The notes below the pieces were generated by a model. It was not told the origin of the DNA. It was given only the letters and a program-made list of their open reading frames with translations, and did no database searches. A DNA stretch of 37,984 nt from Candidatus Poribacteria bacterium (GTDB lineage: Bacteria; Poribacteria; WGA-4E; UBA9662), in assembly GCA_046582655.1 (NCBI GenBank), contig JAYGDX010000173.1, forward strand, positions 1-37,984. Reading direction: 5' to 3'. The translations under genes were made by a program, and so were the position numbers. Shown here piece after piece: positions 9,829-20,135 of the stretch; within the stretch, counting starts at the first letter, position 1, and every line of letters starts with the position of its first letter.

Positions 9829-9902
9829 ATGTCGTATCTCCTAATGATTACCCATCAACGATGTAAATTGCCACCCCTCTCCGGTTTACCAGTTGCATAT
9901 GG

Positions 9903-10331
9903 TTAATCAGCATTCAAAACGCCCCTTGTTGGAAAGGTTAAATAGTAGTTCTCGGCAACTTCAAAACAGACGCCGTTTTCCCTACATGCTTCTACAATCA
10001 CATCGCAGCAGGTAAGGGTCGGCGACATCGGTTTTTCAACGATGGGATGCATCTTGTGTTCGGCCACGATCTTAGCCACCGAATGGTGAGTGTAATCTCC
10101 GGCGGCGATATCCACTACATCAATATCCTAGTGTTTGTCCAACATCTGCTCGACATCGGCATAATAGGGAAGACCATACTGCTGACCGACTTCGGTAGCT
10201 GTATTTTCATCGATATCACAGACGGCGACAAAATCCGAATCCCCTCTTTTTGCCAACTCGGCGATTGTCGGCAGATGCCAACGTTTTGCCACCCATCCAC
10301 AGTCTACCAATGCGATTTTGGCTTTTGGCAT
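9903..10331 (-). pseudogene. Gfo/Idh/MocA oxidoreductase, frameshifted and truncated
   Basis: KIALVDCGWVAKRWHLP and VAVCDID, then in another frame VEKPMSPT and EVAENY; C-domain missing. Confidence 0.8.
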
Positions 10332-10429
10332 TGATTTAATCTCCTATTTTATCTTTCTACTCTTGGGTGAAATAAATCCTGATACGTCTGAACGCTTCCA
10401 CGCACAGTCAGTAGGATATTCCTATAGAA

Positions 10430-11625
10430 TTAGTCACTGGCGTTACGGATTTTCTCGGTTAACTCTTCGTCGACGGTGATGGCAAGGTGTCCACTTGAGC
10501 CGACCATCTTGTTCACTATGATCGCTTCAAGTTCCTTCTGCTCTCGCTCAGTCAGCTCTTCTCCAGAGGACTATGGATAAAGTCCTTGTATGGGCGACTG
10601 GTATCGATGAACGGCATGATGTACATCGGAACCGCCGCCTGCAACATGGCCGCGCGTTTACGCTCCGAGCGGTTCACACCAGCACGATGCCAGATCCTGG
10701 AGCTACCCACTGGTGCCTCAATAACATCGGCGTCCGGTCCAGTGTATGGCAACCCTTTGGCTTCGCGGTACCCTGGCTCCCTGGTGGTGTTCCCGTTTCC
10801 CCATTCCACTGGCGGACCTTCGCCTCGTGTGTGCGATCCGAGCTTGAAACAGGTTGCCCCATTCTCCTTGCGAAATTCCGAAACGCATAAGTTGCGTTGG
10901 ACGCCCATGACTAATTGATCGGCCTTGTGGATTGGTATTCGGTTACCAGCCGCACCACCGGCAATACCCCAGAGGTAAGGGTAATCTGAATGCCAACCTT
11001 GCACATTCTGTTTGCCATCATCTTTAGAGAGTATGGCGAAGCTGGGTGAATGTCCGAGGCGAATTTCATGGGTCCGCATATATTGGCGCATTAGCCACAA
11101 GGACACGGGCTCAGTTGCAACTTTTGCCACCGCCGAACTTTGGTTCAAAGGTGCCTTGCTCCGATCATAAGTTTCGTTTTCCTAGCAACCGGTACAGCTA
11201 ATCCTCTCCAACTCTTCAACAATACCGGGAGCCATAATGGCCGGAAGACAGACCCATCCGTTTTGCTTGAATGATTCTAGATACTCTGACGGCAAGTATG
11301 CCAGCCCATGTCCAGAGGAAAACATGACACTTTCATTCGTTGCAGTACCGTTGCTGGCTAGCCAAACACCATCATGGCGAAGGTAACAGCCATTTGCAGA
11401 ATCAGCAGATTCTGCCTCGAGGACAAGACCAATGACCACATGGCGATAGGCATGTGAACCTTCGACCTGCTCCCAGATGGCCTTATCGTCCACATAATCA
11501 AAAGTCGCAAGTGCATTGTCAGAAGCGCCAAGGAATTCCCCATCAGGAGCACGAAGCAACGTAAAGTGCGCCGACGGTCGTTTAACACGAGTGACGGTTT
11601 CCTGAAAAAGTTCATCTTTTGGCAT
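10430..11625 (-). pseudogene. PhyH-family dioxygenase with an N-terminal extra domain; nonsense codon at 11182-11184 and frameshift near 10560
   Basis: ORFs 11182..11625 and 10552..11148 are in frame across one TAG. Motifs FKQNGWVCLP, WHSDYP, GSH, IWHRAG. Tail ELTEREQKE...NASD* lies in another frame to 10430. Confidence 0.8.
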
Positions 11626-11716
11626 GGGTACTAACTCCTTAAATATTTGTGATATTCCAATCCAGGTTCAATGTCTTAAGTGATTTTTGTTCGGCGGTGT
11701 CAAGGACGTCATGTTT

Positions 11717-12757
11717 TTAATAAACAACCCCTACCTCTTCACGCCAAGCGTCCAGCAGCCGCATATTTGAAAGCGTGTCATCCCAGAACATGGCTGGCGC
11801 TTGTCGGTCATCAATACGATTGGCCACCATATCTGCTTCGTAGGTGAAAAGATCCCGATCCACATCGACTGTAATCTCAGATGATTCCCCCTTCTGATGG
11901 GATTGAATGATAATCTTTGTTGAAGGGAAAGCTGTATTGAGTGACAAGGGTTGCTTGGCATGGCGGCAAGGGCTTGAAGGGAGCCAAGGACTTGGGATAG
12001 TGATTATACCCTCCGAACCATAGATAGATACACTGCTCCCCAGGCTACATTCAACAGCAGCAATTATCTCGCCGATGATACCGTTTTCAAATTTAAGGGT
12101 CGCTGCTGCGATATGATCAACGCCGGTGGAACCGACTTTTCCATTACCTTTAACCACAGTTGGATGCAAAAACGGCTTATTTTCAGCGGCACCAGCCATC
12201 TTCCGAACCATTGAAGCGGTATAACACCCAATATCAAGGATACCGCCACCCCCCATTTCACGGTTATAAATCCGGCTCTGGGGGTTGAAATTGAGTTGGT
12301 AGCTGAACGTTGCCCGAATCACCTGTACTTTTCCGATCGTCCCATCCTGTATGAGCTTCACTACTTGTTGGATTTGCGGATGGCAACGATACATAAAGGC
12401 TTCCATCAGGAATACATCGTGTTCTCGTGCCGCATGGACCATCGCCTCGGCTTCGGCGTGATTCATGCTAATTGGTTTTTCAACCAGAATGTGCTTTCCG
12501 GCCTGAGCAGACTTAATCGCCCACTCCGCATGAAATGGGTGAATGGTTGAAATATAGACGGCATCAATCTTCTCGTCTTCCAGCAGCACCTCGTAATTGT
12601 CGTATTGTCGAGGAATACCGAAATCGTTGACAAGTCGGTCGGCTTTTGATTGGGTGCGGCTGGCTACGGCCAGAACCTGTCCCGTATCCGTAAAACGCAT
12701 CCCATTACAGAACACATAAGCGATACCGCCAGCACTCATCACTCCCCAGTTTAACAT
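11717..12757 (-). CDS. Gfo/Idh/MocA-family oxidoreductase
   Basis: MLNWGVMSAGGIA, HILVEKP, MEAFMYRCHP, GGGGILDIGCY; AAGGAGG RBS supports ATG 12757. Confidence 0.9.
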   Translation of the reverse strand: MLNWGVMSAGGIAYVFCNGMRFTDTGQVLAVASRTQSKADRLVNDFGIPRQYDNYEVLLEDEKIDAVYISTIHPFHAEWAIKSAQAGKHILVEKPISMNHAEAEAMVHAAREHDVFLMEAFMYRCHPQIQQVVKLIQDGTIGKVQVIRATFSYQLNFNPQSRIYNREMGGGGILDIGCYTASMVRKMAGAAENKPFLHPTVVKGNGKVGSTGVDHIAAATLKFENGIIGEIIAAVECSLGSSVSIYGSEGIITIPSPWLPSSPCRHAKQPLSLNTAFPSTKIIIQSHQKGESSEITVDVDRDLFTYEADMVANRIDDRQAPAMFWDDTLSNMRLLDAWREEVGVVY

Positions 12758-12779
12758 CTCTTTCCTCCTTTTGAGCATT

Positions 12780-13976
12780 TTATGCTCTCGCCGCCTCCGC
12801 TCGCTTACTTGCCAACGGATGCATAATACTGGCTCCTGCTGGCCACACATCTGGATCAGCCTTGATCCAGTCACATAGTTTCTGTGCGTGTGGTGTCAGG
12901 GTTTCCCAAATTCCATGCGGCATGACCTTTTTAAAACCATGAGACGAACGCCAGGGAGCAGCATACTCGACGTTTGGCAAAGCCCTTACCTCCCTGGACA
13001 AATTTGGTGTGGCTCCATGCCAAGCCCGGTTATCCCGGAAAACCCCTGCTCCCGCCAGCGCGCCGACCAGGGTGGAATGTTTCATCCACTCCGGTTCATC
13101 AGCAGGCTTCGGTGGCGATTGTTGAGCAGTATGAGTGCCTGGAATCTGACGTATGGGACCATTCTCCCATGTGAGATCACACATCAGGAAGTTGATGGTC
13201 ACTGTTGGTGGTGTCATTTCCATAATCAGTTTTTGGGTCGGTACATCGAACTTTCCTAAGCTGTCTGTATTGAGTTCGAGGCCGAGTAGCCTGGCTTGTT
13301 CAATACGGTTTTCCGAAAGATGTTGTGCGTCCCTGCCATCGGAGTGCAGGTGTTGATACTCGATTGCACCTGGCAGGCAGAGGTCGCCGCCTGACCCCCA
13401 AACCCGGTAATTGGAAGACCCAAATATTTCTTTGACAATGGGGGTTGTTGTGGGTAGATCAATCATGCTGGCCCAGACCGAATCGTGCAGCATCTGCCTT
13501 GAAGCGGAAGATGTGCCATAGCTGTATCGATGTGGCAGACGTCCGGTTTCGGTCGCGTATTTTCTGTTTCCTTGACCGGAGATGGAAAGGATATCTCCTA
13601 GTACCCGGGCACAGCCTTCTCTCCAACGCGCCAGTTGTTCAGCATTGAGCAGATCTCGCACCACAACGAAACCGTCACGATGAAAAATCCTGGCGGCTCT
13701 CTTTATCTCGTGCGGTTCACAGATTTCGAGGCCGCGAATACCGTTGTGTTGTCGCAGCTGCGAGCGCAGCGCTTCGACCCCGGGATCATTATACACCCGA
13801 TGGTTGGGTGAATTCGGGTCAGACACTCCAAATCCACGATGACTTGGGTTAACGTTGCCGTCGGCATCTACGGTCTCATTGGGTGGGGTATTCTCATCCC
13901 ATCCAACCAGCGTGTCACCATAGACTTGAAGTGATTCCAGTTTTGCTTGTAGCTTGCGTTTGTTGGTTTCGGCCAT
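12780..13976 (-). CDS. PhyH-family Fe(II)/2OG dioxygenase
   Basis: FHRDGFVVVRD, HLHSD, GPIRQIPGTH, RAWHGATPN; AAGGAG RBS supports ATG 13976. Confidence 0.85.
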   Translation of the reverse strand: MAETNKRKLQAKLESLQVYGDTLVGWDENTPPNETVDADGNVNPSHRGFGVSDPNSPNHRVYNDPGVEALRSQLRQHNGIRGLEICEPHEIKRAARIFHRDGFVVVRDLLNAEQLARWREGCARVLGDILSISGQGNRKYATETGRLPHRYSYGTSSASRQMLHDSVWASMIDLPTTTPIVKEIFGSSNYRVWGSGGDLCLPGAIEYQHLHSDGRDAQHLSENRIEQARLLGLELNTDSLGKFDVPTQKLIMEMTPPTVTINFLMCDLTWENGPIRQIPGTHTAQQSPPKPADEPEWMKHSTLVGALAGAGVFRDNRAWHGATPNLSREVRALPNVEYAAPWRSSHGFKKVMPHGIWETLTPHAQKLCDWIKADPDVWPAGASIMHPLASKRAEAARA

Positions 13977-14081
13977 TGAGAAATACTCCTTATTCACCAC
14001 TCAGTGCGAGTAATGTGAAAAATGTTGTGTTTTTGCTGTTATAGACGCGTGCAGGAGCGATAGAAAAAACGAGACTTTTGA

Positions 14082-14342
14082 TTATAAGACACTCTCACTG
14101 GCTTCTGCCGCCTCCGCACGCTTATTTGCCAGCGGATGCATCACACCAGCCCCCGCTGGCCAAACACCTTTGCCTGCCTTGACAAATTCGCACAGCTTCT
14201 GTGCGTGCGGTGTCAGGGTTTCCCAGATTTCATGCGGCATGGTCTTTTTAAAGCCCTCAGAAGATCGCTGGGGATAGAATACTCGACGTTTGGCAAAGCC
14301 CTTACCTCCCTGGACAAATTCGGTGTGGTTCCATGCTAGGCT
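14082..14342 (-). pseudogene. 3' remnant of a tandem paralog of the 12780..13976 PhyH gene
   Basis: 14105-14340 aligns with ~12790-13025 at DNA and protein level (FKKTMPHEIWETLTPHAQKLC...HPLANKRAEAA). Confidence 0.85.
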
Positions 14343-14510
14343 CGGCAATCTCGTACATCTCGTCTGTGCAGGCCTCAAGTACTTTCTTGAGAACGGGATA
14401 CGGCTCTCCGCAACCGTCAAGCAATCCAGAATGCTGGCGGTCCATTAGGCTCGTTGCCTGAGGCTGTCGGCCACAGGACCGTAGGGTCGTGGCATGCTGT
14501 CAGTGAGTAT
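14343..14510 (-). pseudogene. Fragment of an unrelated gene, possibly the C-terminus of a GH50/agarase-like protein
   Basis: One frame gives DRQHSGLLDGCGEPYPVLKKVLEACTDEMYEIA; resemblance by eye only. Confidence 0.3.
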
Positions 14511-14675
14511 TTAATATAACTCAACCCAATTGATAGGCTTATCAGGTTTATAGCCAGAAGACTTTAGAAACTCCTTAACCCGACCCACTGTCACCTCATA
14601 AACATCTATATAAAAAGCATCAAATTTATCAATAGGATCACCAAACTCATCGTAGGTATCTTTTACAAATCCTGC
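14511..14675 (-). pseudogene. Internal fragment of an FGE-sulfatase gene paralogous to 626..1525
   Basis: TYDEFGDP..AFYIDVYEVTVGRVKEFLKSSGYKPDKPINWVELY vs [42 protein letters not shown]. Confidence 0.85.
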
Positions 14676-14715
14676 CCCGAAAGGAGGCGCGTTTCTGATG
14701 CCCAAGTGCATTAAC

Positions 14716-15540
14716 CTACCACATAACTGCCCCGCCGCAGTTGATGTCTTGGCCTGTCATACTGCCCACATCATCCGAGGCGAGAAATAGGGCTAGGGAA
14801 GCTGCTTCTTCCGTTCCTGATCCCATATCACTATAGCCTTCATCAGCGCACCATCGACCAGCCAGAATTCGCTTCGGGTTTGTCTCTCTGAAGTTGCTGC
14901 GAAATGTTGCCTCATCAAAAGGTTTGTTCATGTACTCGGCTCTTCCCCGTGCCAATTCTAGGCTTCTCTCCTCATGTCCACCTGGGCAAATGGCATTGAC
15001 ATTAATATTGTAACGACCAACATCAGCGGCTAGAGTTCTAGTGAAGCCGATTACCCCCATCTTGGAAGTGGCATAAGGCGCACGATGGGACAGCGGTTGT
15101 TTGCCCGTACCAGAACTGAAGTTTATGATTTTTCCATATTTCTTCCGTATCATCTCGGGTAGAACTGCTTTGCAGCAGAGAAAGAGCGAATCGAGATTAA
15201 CATCGAGTGTTCGTTTCCACTCGGCCAGGGTCATCTTCCAGACGTCCTTGGTGGGGCCAGCGATACCGACGACATTGGCCAGTATATCGATGGTCCCAAA
15301 ATGTTCAATAGTTTCTTCCACCATCTTGTTGACTTGCCCCTCTTTCGACACGTCGGTCTGGAAGCATAGAACCTTTCCACCATTAGTCTTGGAACCGACA
15401 CTGTCTTCCAACTCTATCGCTGGAATAACATCGCAGATGGAAACCGCCGCTCCCTCTCTGGCCAACCTTCTAGCGACGGCCTCTGCGTGCCCTCTACCTG
15501 CGCCTGTGATTATTGCAACTTTGCCGTCTAATTTTCCCAT
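14716..15540 (-). CDS. Short-chain dehydrogenase/reductase (SDR)
   Basis: TGAGRG Rossmann motif, SS, YATSK catalytic motif, NAICPG. Confidence 0.92.
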   Translation of the reverse strand: MGKLDGKVAIITGAGRGHAEAVARRLAREGAAVSICDVIPAIELEDSVGSKTNGGKVLCFQTDVSKEGQVNKMVEETIEHFGTIDILANVVGIAGPTKDVWKMTLAEWKRTLDVNLDSLFLCCKAVLPEMIRKKYGKIINFSSGTGKQPLSHRAPYATSKMGVIGFTRTLAADVGRYNINVNAICPGGHEERSLELARGRAEYMNKPFDEATFRSNFRETNPKRILAGRWCADEGYSDMGSGTEEAASLALFLASDDVGSMTGQDINCGGAVMW

Positions 15541-15624
15541 AAACTTCTCCCCTTGCTATATTCGCTTAATAAAGACAATAAATAAGATACTCTTATATTT
15601 CAACTTAATTTAAGTTACTCTTCA

Positions 15625-15682
15625 CCGTCTGCCTCCGCTGAAAAAGCGGGGGTGCTCCTAGGTCGGGTTCTCTACAGATTGA
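15625..15682. repeat. Repeat B copy 3
   Basis: Aligns with 1825-1888 and 3439-3497; directly abuts the truncated TIR fragment. Confidence 0.7.
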
Positions 15683-15683
15683 C

Positions 15684-15774
15684 AGGGCTCACGGTCTCTG
15701 GCTTCTAGGGCATGGTGCAGGCGTTGAGCGAACTCTATATCTTTGCGCGAATAGGAGATGAATACGTCCAACAT
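15684..15774 (-). pseudogene. TIR-domain N-terminal fragment
   Basis: MLDVFISYSRKDIEFAQRLHHALEARDREP, a typical bacterial TIR start. Confidence 0.8.
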
Positions 15775-15899
15775 AATTTGCCCTTTGAGCATCAAGTTGC
15801 TACACTGGCCTTGGCATTGTATCACGATTGCCGTGTCAGGGTAAAGCGGCAGGGGCGATGGCAGCAATCGTGTTGACCTGTGGGTTAAGCGCCGCTGTC

Positions 15900-16285
15900 C
15901 ACAAAGCGATCCATTCCCAATAATCCTGACCCGGTCTGCATCCACTTCCTCACGCTCATAGAGGTGCTGCACCGCCCACAGCCCATCGGCGATGCAGCCG
16001 CGTAGATAGTATTGGTGTGGGTCACCGATTCCTTGAGGGAAATAGCTTTTGTTGTTGCCCCACGAGTAGTGGGTCCAGTCCGACGAATCACCGTGACCCC
16101 AGATGTCTGGTACAAGTACAACGAAACCTGGTAGGCGGATAATTTCTTCGAGGGATAATCCACATTGATGACCTGTGAAGAAAGGGGTTGGGATTGCATG
16201 AGCGATTGAGTCTCGTTCCAGAATCCTTCAAAATCAGGTGCCGCTGTGGATTGTGGTGTTTCGGCGAGCCATTGAGAAAGTGGGC
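15900..16285 (-). pseudogene. Acetyl xylan esterase (AXE1/CE7-like) fragments
   Basis: APDFEGFWNETQSLMQSQPL near 16190-16250 and AVQHLYEREEVDADRVRIIG near 15915-15975. Confidence 0.6.
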
Positions 16286-16694
16286 GTTCCCATAGTAGTA
16301 TAAACGGCCGCCTTCAATTTCTGATTTCAGATGTTGTTTGGATCTGAGGTGTTCGGCTATACTTTGTTGCTGTCGAGTTTGCTATCCTCCTAGGTATCCA
16401 GGCGTTCGTTTAGGGCCGCTAATACTGGACCAAATTTAAACTGATGGATGTAAAGCAAGTTGAAAATCTCGAGCGGTTGGGAATGCCTGTTAATAGCCAT
16501 TAAATCCATCGTATTAGATTTGATTCATATGTGTTGGTATTATCATCATTCACGCAATGAATCAACAAAATTTTTGGGACGATAATTTGGTCTCTTTATT
16601 TTTGCGATTGTGCTACAATATTTGCCGCTCCGATGAAGGGTTTTGGTCCAAAAACGCCAATTATCCGCAATTGCATAATGCATAGACTCTTTTT

Positions 16695-17055
16695 GGGGCC
16701 AAGTCTTACGAAAGAGGTTGTGGTCACCCAGCATTTCGCCATGATTGGAAGTGAAAACGGTCAGGCAGTTTTTGAGACCACCGGCATATTGGATGAGGTG
16801 ACCGACCTGGTCGTCTATGAAATTGATCATGCCGTAATAAGCAGCGTGAGAACAGCACATGTCGTGTCCGTCAAGGCAAATTTCCCAGGCATTGAGGTCA
16901 AGACCCCAAGACCCTTCTGGAGCCATCAAATTCGGGTACCCCATCGCCGATGGTGGGATCGGGCAAGTCCCGGTGGGAATAGCGATCGTAGTAAGCCACC
17001 GGTGGCATGAGAGGTGGGTGGGGATCAATAAAGGAAATGTTGAGGAAAAACGGGA
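16695..17055 (-). pseudogene. Sulfatase internal fragment (frameshifted)
   Basis: PFFLNISFIDPHPP, AAYYGMINFIDDQVG, VFTSNHGEMLGDH..RK. Confidence 0.8.
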
Positions 17056-17118
17056 GGGTCGGACGAATACAGGTGAAAGAGTAGCCAGTGGTACTTATTT
17101 CTATACCCTTCTGGGTGG
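17051..17118 (+). pseudogene. Fragment of a FlgD-Ig-like/secretion-type C-terminal domain
   Basis: EGRTNTGERVASGTYFYTL matches the WDGRNxxGExVASGxYFY pattern. Confidence 0.65.
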
Positions 17119-17301
17119 TGGGATGTACTTCCATGTAGCTATATATACTCCCACAAGGGGGAACCGCTGTGGCCATCAGGTAAGTCATAAATCAAGCATA
17201 CAACCATTCTACAGCGCACCGGCAGAATCAGTCCAGATCCGAGACCCCATACTTTTCTTTTTAATCAGCGCCAGTAACTCTCATGATTTATAATCTTGCC
17301 G

Positions 17302-17330
17302 TTGCCCGTGAGCCTCAGCTTTGGTAGGAT
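17302..17330 (+). promoter_or_regulatory. Sigma70-like promoter for the dienelactone hydrolase
   Basis: TTGCCC-17 nt-TAGGAT with an extended TG; AAGGAG RBS downstream. Confidence 0.45.
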
Positions 17331-17364
17331 GTTGCATTAGCTAAGCATATAAGGAGAAAGAATC

Positions 17365-18087
17365 GTGACCCATCGTATTGAAACCATCGAAGTGAATGGC
17401 AGCCCCATGGAGGTGTTCATCTTTGAACCCCAGCAGCAAGGTCCCCATCCAGGCATCATGCAATGTATGCACATCCCTGTGGGGCACACAGGGATTGAGA
17501 ATGACAAGTTCACCCTAAAATCAGCCCAACGCTATGCAAACGACGGCTATGTGGTAGCGGTGCCATTCGTCTTTCACTGGTGGCCTAAATCAGCAGAAAT
17601 TGAGATCAAGCGAGAAGAATTCAGGGATGACTGGACCATCCTCGACTTGAGTGCAGCTTATGAGCTGCTCTCCGGCCTTGACAACGTAGATGCAGAACGC
17701 ATCGGCATCGTTGGCCATTGCTGGGGTGGGCGCGTGTGCTGGGTAGGAGCAGGCAGTAACCCCCTCTATAAGGCCTGTGCGGTGTTCTATGGAGGTCGAG
17801 TAAAGCTGGTATTGGGCGAGGGCAATCCGCCAGCCATAGATTTGACTGCCAACATCACCTGCCCGGTTATCGGTTTCTTTGGCAACGAAGATGAGAACCC
17901 CTCGCCAGAGGACGTGGACGATTACAGCATAGCCCTGAACAAAGCAGGGGTAGAGCACACTTTTTACTGCTACGATGGGGCTGGCCATGCCTTCCAGAGT
18001 TTCAACAGTGAGGAGCGTTACTGTCACAGCGCCAGCGAGGATGCTTGGGAAAAGGTGCTGGCTTTCTTCGAGGAAAAGCTAAAGTAG
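17365..18087 (+). CDS. Dienelactone hydrolase family protein
   Basis: GHCWGG nucleophile elbow, FGNED, YDGAGHAF. Confidence 0.92.
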   Translation: MTHRIETIEVNGSPMEVFIFEPQQQGPHPGIMQCMHIPVGHTGIENDKFTLKSAQRYANDGYVVAVPFVFHWWPKSAEIEIKREEFRDDWTILDLSAAYELLSGLDNVDAERIGIVGHCWGGRVCWVGAGSNPLYKACAVFYGGRVKLVLGEGNPPAIDLTANITCPVIGFFGNEDENPSPEDVDDYSIALNKAGVEHTFYCYDGAGHAFQSFNSEERYCHSASEDAWEKVLAFFEEKLK

Positions 18088-18344
18088 AGCATAAAACTCA
18101 TATGCCGATCGAGCCGAGGAAAGTATCTAAAATGTCTTATATGAAAAGATTGGATTTTGGTATGATGAATTGGATGATTGCCAGACTGCGTTGGTTTGTA
18201 TCTGCTTTATTCAACATAGTCTGACAATTGACTCTCAAAAATAAGGTGTGGATTCAAAACTCGATCACAAAGCTCATTTCCTTAATAGATTTCGATCGTC
18301 ATTTGGTACTTATTAACGAGGACTCGCGCGACAAAGTGTAGTGA

Positions 18345-18560
18345 ATGGATTCTGACTAACAGTTCATAGCGTTGACACTTAATGGCGATTGAGACGCCTT
18401 TCACTTTCATACCTTAGTTGATCGATATAAGTCGATGGTTCTTGCTATGGCCTTTTCTAAGGTAAAGAACATTCATGATGCTCAAGACACCGCACAAGAA
18501 GTATTCACGCGGGTATTCACTCGTCTGAATACTGTCAGTCGTAGCAAACGTTTCCAGATT
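18345..18560 (+). pseudogene. ECF sigma-70 factor, N-terminal remnant with two stops
   Basis: MDSD*QFIALTLNGD*DAF..LVDRYKSMVLAMAFSKVKNIHDAQDTAQEVFTRVF (region 2 DAxDxxQE); region 4 absent. Confidence 0.75.
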
Positions 18561-18645
18561 TGCGATTGGATCTTTACGCAAGTCTGGTTTTGGATCCCGA
18601 TCTATTGCGGAGACATGCGCTACTCCAACTCAAAGCAGGGGCAAA

Positions 18646-19719
18646 ATGCAAATCAAACAAATCACAGCAACCAGCGTCAGAATTCCTTATGCGGCTCCCG
18701 TCGGTCCGTATATCGGACGACGAAGCGTTGGTGGACATGGCACTTTAGGCGCGGCAGGACTCATCGTGAAAATCGAAACAGATACCGGAATCATCGGTTG
18801 GGGCGCAGGCACAGGGCGGTTTGAAACCGATCCAAATATCATTCTCGCAGCACATCGTGTTGCTAACATCGAAGGTGCGCTTGCGGCGATGGAGCAGGCA
18901 GGAATTGGCAGAGGGCCAATGTCAGGGGTCGAAATGGCACTTTGGGACGCGCTCGGAAAACATGCTGAATTACCTGTGTACCAACTCTTTGGTGGACAAG
19001 TACGGGATGAAGTGGATTTCTGTGCCTGTATGGGGCTTAAAGAACCAGCGGAATCCGCCGCAACGGCGCGTGAGTACATGGGTCGGTGGGGGTTCTGTTT
19101 TCTAAAAACAAAGGCGGGTGATGACCCTGATGACGATCTTCGAATTGCGGAAGCTATTCAAGGTGAGGTTGGCGGTGAAGCTGTACTTCGCCCAGATGCA
19201 AACAACGGTTACTCCCCCGAAAAGGCTGAATCCGTGCTGCGGCGGATGAAAGACCTTGGGATTTGCTACTTTGAAGATCCATGCTCATCTGAACATCTTG
19301 ATGCGTTGGTTCGCTTTCGGATGGAAATTGGTATGGGTATCTTGGTAAATATGGGCGTGGGAACACCGGATACAGTTCTAACATTGCTGGCCAATGAAGG
19401 GGTGGATATTATCATGCCAGACACCCCAGCGGCAGGTGGGATGATACGCGTAAAGAAAGTGGCTGTCGTTGCTGAAGCGTATAATATATCATGTCTGATG
19501 CACTGTTCGCATGACCTCGGGCTCAAGACCGCTGCCATCACACACATCGTAGCATCAACCCCGAACTTTTCTGGACCTAACGATACCTGTTACCACGGAT
19601 TAACGGATGATATTCTGGTTGAGCCACTAAAGTTTGAAAATGGGAAGATCCGTGTGCCATCGAATCCGGGCTTGGGCGTTGATGTGGATGAAGCGAAGAT
19701 AGAAAGATATAGCGTTTAA
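18646..19719 (+). CDS. Mandelate racemase/muconate lactonizing enzyme family (enolase superfamily)
   Basis: GVEMALWDALGK, KTK motif, RPDAN, FEDP, PGLGVDVDE. Confidence 0.9.
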   Translation: MQIKQITATSVRIPYAAPVGPYIGRRSVGGHGTLGAAGLIVKIETDTGIIGWGAGTGRFETDPNIILAAHRVANIEGALAAMEQAGIGRGPMSGVEMALWDALGKHAELPVYQLFGGQVRDEVDFCACMGLKEPAESAATAREYMGRWGFCFLKTKAGDDPDDDLRIAEAIQGEVGGEAVLRPDANNGYSPEKAESVLRRMKDLGICYFEDPCSSEHLDALVRFRMEIGMGILVNMGVGTPDTVLTLLANEGVDIIMPDTPAAGGMIRVKKVAVVAEAYNISCLMHCSHDLGLKTAAITHIVASTPNFSGPNDTCYHGLTDDILVEPLKFENGKIRVPSNPGLGVDVDEAKIERYSV

Positions 19720-19980
19720 TCTCATGCAGAGAGAATTTCAGTAGACTGATTTCTTAGAAGAAGGCGAAAAATCGTAATTACACCTAACCGTGCAGAGCTG
19801 GGAACCACATTCTGTACTCAGAACGGCCCTTACCACTGGCGTCAGTCAGCCGCAAAACTACTATACCTGCGCAATAGATAACTCTTGTATGGGTAATCGG
19901 GCGCGCACATAGTGATAGACGATTCGACTAGTGACCGCCCCTTCTATATCAGACTACATCCTTCTGCATAGGGATGTAGT

Positions 19981-20058
19981 GTGGTATTACGCTGTTTTGG
20001 CATCTGTTCTTTTGCTCTGGAAAATTACCCGACGCTTTGTATGTACCGCCGTGGCGTA
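19981..20058. repeat. Repeat C copy 4
   Basis: gtggtattacgctgttttggcatctgttcttttgctctggaaaattacccgacgctttgtatgtaccgccgtggcgta aligns with 3703-3781 and 6071-6143. Confidence 0.85.
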
Positions 20059-20135
20059 TACTGATATTCGTTGTGGTCATTCTCATGTCATTTAGCACAG
20101 ATATGGTTAATTAGTTTTAAATTAATATAGGCTAG

